Both the position numbers and the translations under genes were made by a program. From Parcubacteria group bacterium (lineage in GTDB: Bacteria; Patescibacteriota; Minisyncoccia; Phycocordibacterales; 21-14-all-47-15): a DNA stretch of 47,548 nt. The DNA lies in contig JACOYO010000007.1 of assembly GCA_016181845.1 (NCBI GenBank), positions 1 through 47,548 on the forward strand, written 5' to 3'. Shown one piece after another: positions 44,336 through 47,548 of the stretch (position 1 is its first letter; each line of letters starts with the position of its first letter). The notes under the pieces were generated by a model, which was given only the letters and a program-made list of their open reading frames with translations, had not been told where the DNA came from and searched no databases.

Positions 44336-46144
44336 ATGCAAAACACTATCCGAAATTTTACAATCATCGCGCATATTGACCACGGCAAATCAACGCTTGC
44401 CGACCGCATGCTTGAGGTGACAAAAACGATTGAAAAGCGAAAAATGAAAGCGCAGGTCTTGGACAGCATGGAATTGGAGCGCGAGCGTGGAATTACGATT
44501 AAAATGCAGCCTGTTAAAATGCGCTGGCGCGCTTCTCTTGGTTCTGGACCGGAATATACACTGAATCTTATTGATACCCCAGGGCATATTGATTTTTCGT
44601 ATGAAGTGTCGCGCGCGCTCCGCGCTGTGGAAGGGGCGCTACTTTTGGTTGACGCGACGCAGGGAATCCAGGCGCAAACTATCACCGTGCTTGAAATGGC
44701 GCGCGCGGCGGGGCTCTCCATTATTCCGGCAGTCACGAAGATAGACATGCCAAATGCCCGCACGGAAGAAGTGAAACAAAATGTCGCGGCGCTTCTTGAG
44801 ATAGATCCGAACACAATTCTTGAAGTGTCGGGGAAAACTGGGCAAGGTGTGTCAGAGCTTTTGTCTGAGATGGTTTCGCGCGTACCGCCGCCGCGCTCCT
44901 CTTTTCAGGAAGAGGCTCTTCGCGGAAGCGGGCGCGCGCTCATTTTTGATTTTGAATATTCCACGCACCGAGGAGTGATTTTATACGTTCGGGTAACCGA
45001 TGGAGAATTTAAGAAAGGGGATTCGCTTATGTTTATCGCCGCAAAAAAAACATTTCAAGCGATTGAAGTTGGTGTTTTTACTCCCGAAAAAGAAACGGCT
45101 GGCGCGCTATCGTCCGGAAATATCGGATATATTGTCACGGGTATTAAACAACCCAATATCGCATCGGTGGGTGATACGGTTACCTACGCCAGGAATCCGC
45201 TTCCGCCCATTGCGGGCTACACCGTGCCAGTACCGGTCGTGTGGGCTTCGGTCTATCCCGAAAGCCAAGATGATTTTACTTCGCTCAAAGGAGCGCTTGA
45301 ACGGCTGAAACTTTCTGATTCCTCGCTTTCGTTTGAAGAAGAATCATCGGGCACGCTTGGACGCGGTTTCCGCCTCGGTCTTTTGGGGATGCTTCATTTG
45401 GAAATTATCACAGAGCGTTTGCGGCGAGAATTTCAATTGGAGCTCGTCGTAACATCTCCGACCATTACGTATAAAATAATTTTTGCAAAAGAAAAAGAAT
45501 CAATGGTCTATTCGCCTTCGCTTTTTCCAGATGACGGCGCGTATGAAGAAGCGTTTGAACCGTGGGTGCGCGCGCGAATCATCACGCCGTCTGAATACGT
45601 GAGCGCGATGATGCCGATACTGCATGACCACGAAGCGACGCTTGAAACATCGGAAAGTTTTTTGGGAGATCGGGTTTCTTTTGAAATCAAGATGCCGCTC
45701 CGCGAGCTTATGCGTAATTTTTTTGACGAAATTAAAAGTGCTTCTTCCGGATTTGCGTCTCTTTCATACACTATTGAAGAATTACGCAAAGCAGATGTCG
45801 CGCGGCTTGATATATTGGTTGCCGATGAGGTAGTGTCTGCTTTTTCTCAAGTGGTTGCGCACAGACGAGTGGAAGAGGAAGCAAGGAAAAGCGTTGAAAA
45901 ACTGCACGCTATTCTTCCGCGCCAGCTTTTCGTGGTGAAGATTCAGGCGCGCGCTTTGGGCAGAATCATTGCTTCTGAAACTCTGTCGGCCATGCGGAAA
46001 GATGTGACCGGCTATCTATATGGCGGCGATATTACCCGCAAAATGAAATTGCTTGAAAAGCAAAAACGTGGGAAGAAAAAAATGAAATCGCGCGGAAAAG
46101 TGAATATACCGCACGATGTGTTTTTGAAAATGTTAAAACGTTAA
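44336..46144 (+). CDS. lepA: Elongation factor 4
   Basis: IRNF.IIAHIDHGKSTLADR, ERERGITIK, DTPGH and YGGDITRK.KLLEKQK motifs. Confidence 0.98.
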   Translation: MQNTIRNFTIIAHIDHGKSTLADRMLEVTKTIEKRKMKAQVLDSMELERERGITIKMQPVKMRWRASLGSGPEYTLNLIDTPGHIDFSYEVSRALRAVEGALLLVDATQGIQAQTITVLEMARAAGLSIIPAVTKIDMPNARTEEVKQNVAALLEIDPNTILEVSGKTGQGVSELLSEMVSRVPPPRSSFQEEALRGSGRALIFDFEYSTHRGVILYVRVTDGEFKKGDSLMFIAAKKTFQAIEVGVFTPEKETAGALSSGNIGYIVTGIKQPNIASVGDTVTYARNPLPPIAGYTVPVPVVWASVYPESQDDFTSLKGALERLKLSDSSLSFEEESSGTLGRGFRLGLLGMLHLEIITERLRREFQLELVVTSPTITYKIIFAKEKESMVYSPSLFPDDGAYEEAFEPWVRARIITPSEYVSAMMPILHDHEATLETSESFLGDRVSFEIKMPLRELMRNFFDEIKSASSGFASLSYTIEELRKADVARLDILVADEVVSAFSQVVAHRRVEEEARKSVEKLHAILPRQLFVVKIQARALGRIIASETLSAMRKDVTGYLYGGDITRKMKLLEKQKRGKKKMKSRGKVNIPHDVFLKMLKR

Positions 46145-46353
46145 CGGCTGGCAATGCTAAAAAAAGATAGGCATGTACAAGAAAATCATTCCGAAAATGA
46201 CGATAACTCCGACAACAATCCATACCGCGTGCATTATTTTTTTGTATTTTTTATGAAACATATATTGAGAAATTTTTTTTGAGCTTGAGCTTGTGTATCA
46301 GTGTGCTATACTATAGCACACTATTACAATAATTTTCCACTCGTCATACTCGC

Positions 46354-46731
46354 ATGGCAATAAACGATTTTAGAAAAAAAAGACAGTTAAAAAGAATGTT
46401 TTACTCAACCGGAGCGATTGTCGTTCTTGGGATTATCGTGTTTTTTCTTGGGCATGCAACATGGGATGTATACCAAAAAGCAAAAGTAACCGATGAGAAA
46501 CGCCAAGAAGTATTGAGTGAGCTCACGCGTCTACAAAAGCAACGCACTTCTTTGGAAGACGCGCTGGAGCGTCTGCAAACCGACCGAGGCATAGAAGAAG
46601 AAGTGCGGACGAAATTTAATGTTGCCAAAGAAGGAGAAAAAGTCATAACAATTGTTTCGCCGCAAAAAGAGGATGGGAGTGATACCCCGCAAGCGACCTC
46701 ATGGTGGAAGCGCATTTTTGGCATTGAATAA
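46354..46731 (+). CDS. Septum formation initiator (FtsB/DivIC family)
   Basis: TM helix, coiled coil and IEEEVRTKFNVAKEGEKVI. Confidence 0.85.
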   Translation: MAINDFRKKRQLKRMFYSTGAIVVLGIIVFFLGHATWDVYQKAKVTDEKRQEVLSELTRLQKQRTSLEDALERLQTDRGIEEEVRTKFNVAKEGEKVITIVSPQKEDGSDTPQATSWWKRIFGIE

Positions 46732-46762
46732 TAGATATTTTTGCTGGCGGGAATAAAAATAC

Positions 46763-46833
46763 GCGGGTATAGTTTAGTGGCAGAATGGTTGCTTCCCAAG
46801 CAACAGATCGGAGTTCGATTCTCCGTACCCGCA
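46763..46833 (+). tRNA. tRNA-Gly (CCC), CCA not encoded
   Basis: Acceptor gcgggta/tacccgc+a; anticodon arm gttgc-ttCCCaa-gcaac; T arm cggag-ttcgatt-ctccg. Confidence 0.96.
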
Positions 46834-47002
46834 CAGAATTTCATTTTGGATGCTCATTTGGCGTCTAGACTGTTGCCTGATCATAATTTCCGCGGGTTCT
46901 AACATTGTTGTTTTCTCCGAAATTGAGAAAAGCACTGGAATGCGCCAAGAAAAAGTTGAGAAGCCTTTTCAAAACCAGACAAATTTATTACCATGACCGT
47001 AT

Positions 47003-47548
47003 ATGGAATTATTTAACGATTTAATTGCAAAAATTTTTTTTCAGCAACTCTTTTCGTCATCTGTCAAAATACTCGTTATTCTTATCGTGGCATTTTTGCT
47101 ACGAACATTCAGTAGAATTTTTATAGAAAAATTAATAAGAAAGATTATTGTTTCCAAACATTTTTTGACAAAAGAGGCTGAAAAGAAACGAGAAGACACT
47201 CTGGCGAGGATTATCAATGGCTCTATCAGCATAATTGTTTTGCTGATTGCTGGCTTGATGATATTGTCGGAGCTTGGCATTGCTATCGGACCGCTTTTGA
47301 CTGCCGCTGGAATTGCTGGTCTTGCCTTCGGTTTTGGGGGACAATATCTTATTCGCGATGTGATTTCTGGCCTTTTTATCATTTTGGAAAATCAGTACCG
47401 TGTTGGAGATGTCGTTTGTTTTGACGGTACTTGTGGATTGGTTGAAGATGTCAGCTTGCGGATGACTTCATTGAGAGACCTTGATGGTACAGTACACCAT
47501 GTTCCACACGGTGAGATTAAAAAAGTTTCTAACCTTTCTAAATATTAC
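47003..47548 (+). CDS. mscS: Small-conductance mechanosensitive channel (partial, runs off the window)
   Basis: Hand translation shows GPLLTAAGIAGLAFGFGGQYLIRDVISGLFIILENQYRVGDVV...LRDLDGTVHHVPHG. Confidence 0.9.
   Translation, partial: MELFNDLIAKIFFQQLFSSSVKILVILIVAFLLRTFSRIFIEKLIRKIIVSKHFLTKEAEKKREDTLARIINGSISIIVLLIAGLMILSELGIAIGPLLTAAGIAGLAFGFGGQYLIRDVISGLFIILENQYRVGDVVCFDGTCGLVEDVSLRMTSLRDLDGTVHHVPHGEIKKVSNLSKYY

Noticed and set aside
47003-47045. Possible frameshift at the poly-T run in the mscS start
   Set aside because: Codon counting shows ATG 47003 is in frame with the MscS body.
46834-47548. Genomic island integrated at tRNA-Gly
   Set aside because: No integrase or duplicated tRNA 3' end is visible before the window ends.

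Overview
47.5 kb of a bacterial chromosome, most likely Patescibacteria/CPR (Parcubacteria-like). This is inferred from the short PheS/PheT/AlaS, the sigma70-r4/HARE-HTH protein, the FtsA-like plus baseplate-J-like pair, the cohesin/dockerin surface proteins and the many leaderless genes. The backbone is housekeeping: tatC and two tatA, pheS/pheT, leuS, mltG, murC, mnmA, alaS, infA-rpmJ-rpsM-rpsK-rpsD-rpoA-rplQ-rplM-rpsI, mpg, yqeY, rnpB, murJ, lepA, an ftsB-like gene, tRNA-Gly(CCC) and a partial mscS. The most unusual items are: (1) two PemK/MazF-like toxin genes with no protein antitoxin, each followed by a convergent promoter and a conserved tetraloop-hairpin small RNA overlapping the toxin stop codon, a candidate RNA-antitoxin system stacked at the pheS start; (2) a complete NlpC/P60 peptidase domain inserted inside PheT; (3) a ferredoxin-reductase-like/PAS/GAF/PAS histidine kinase; (4) an RNase P RNA expanded to about 654 nt by repeat-derived hairpins; (5) a MITE-like family with shared terminal inverted repeats, 7-bp repeats inserted in-frame into essential genes, and small insertions flanked by duplicated gene ends. 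All calls come from reading the sequence and ORF track by eye; no searches or folding programs were run.
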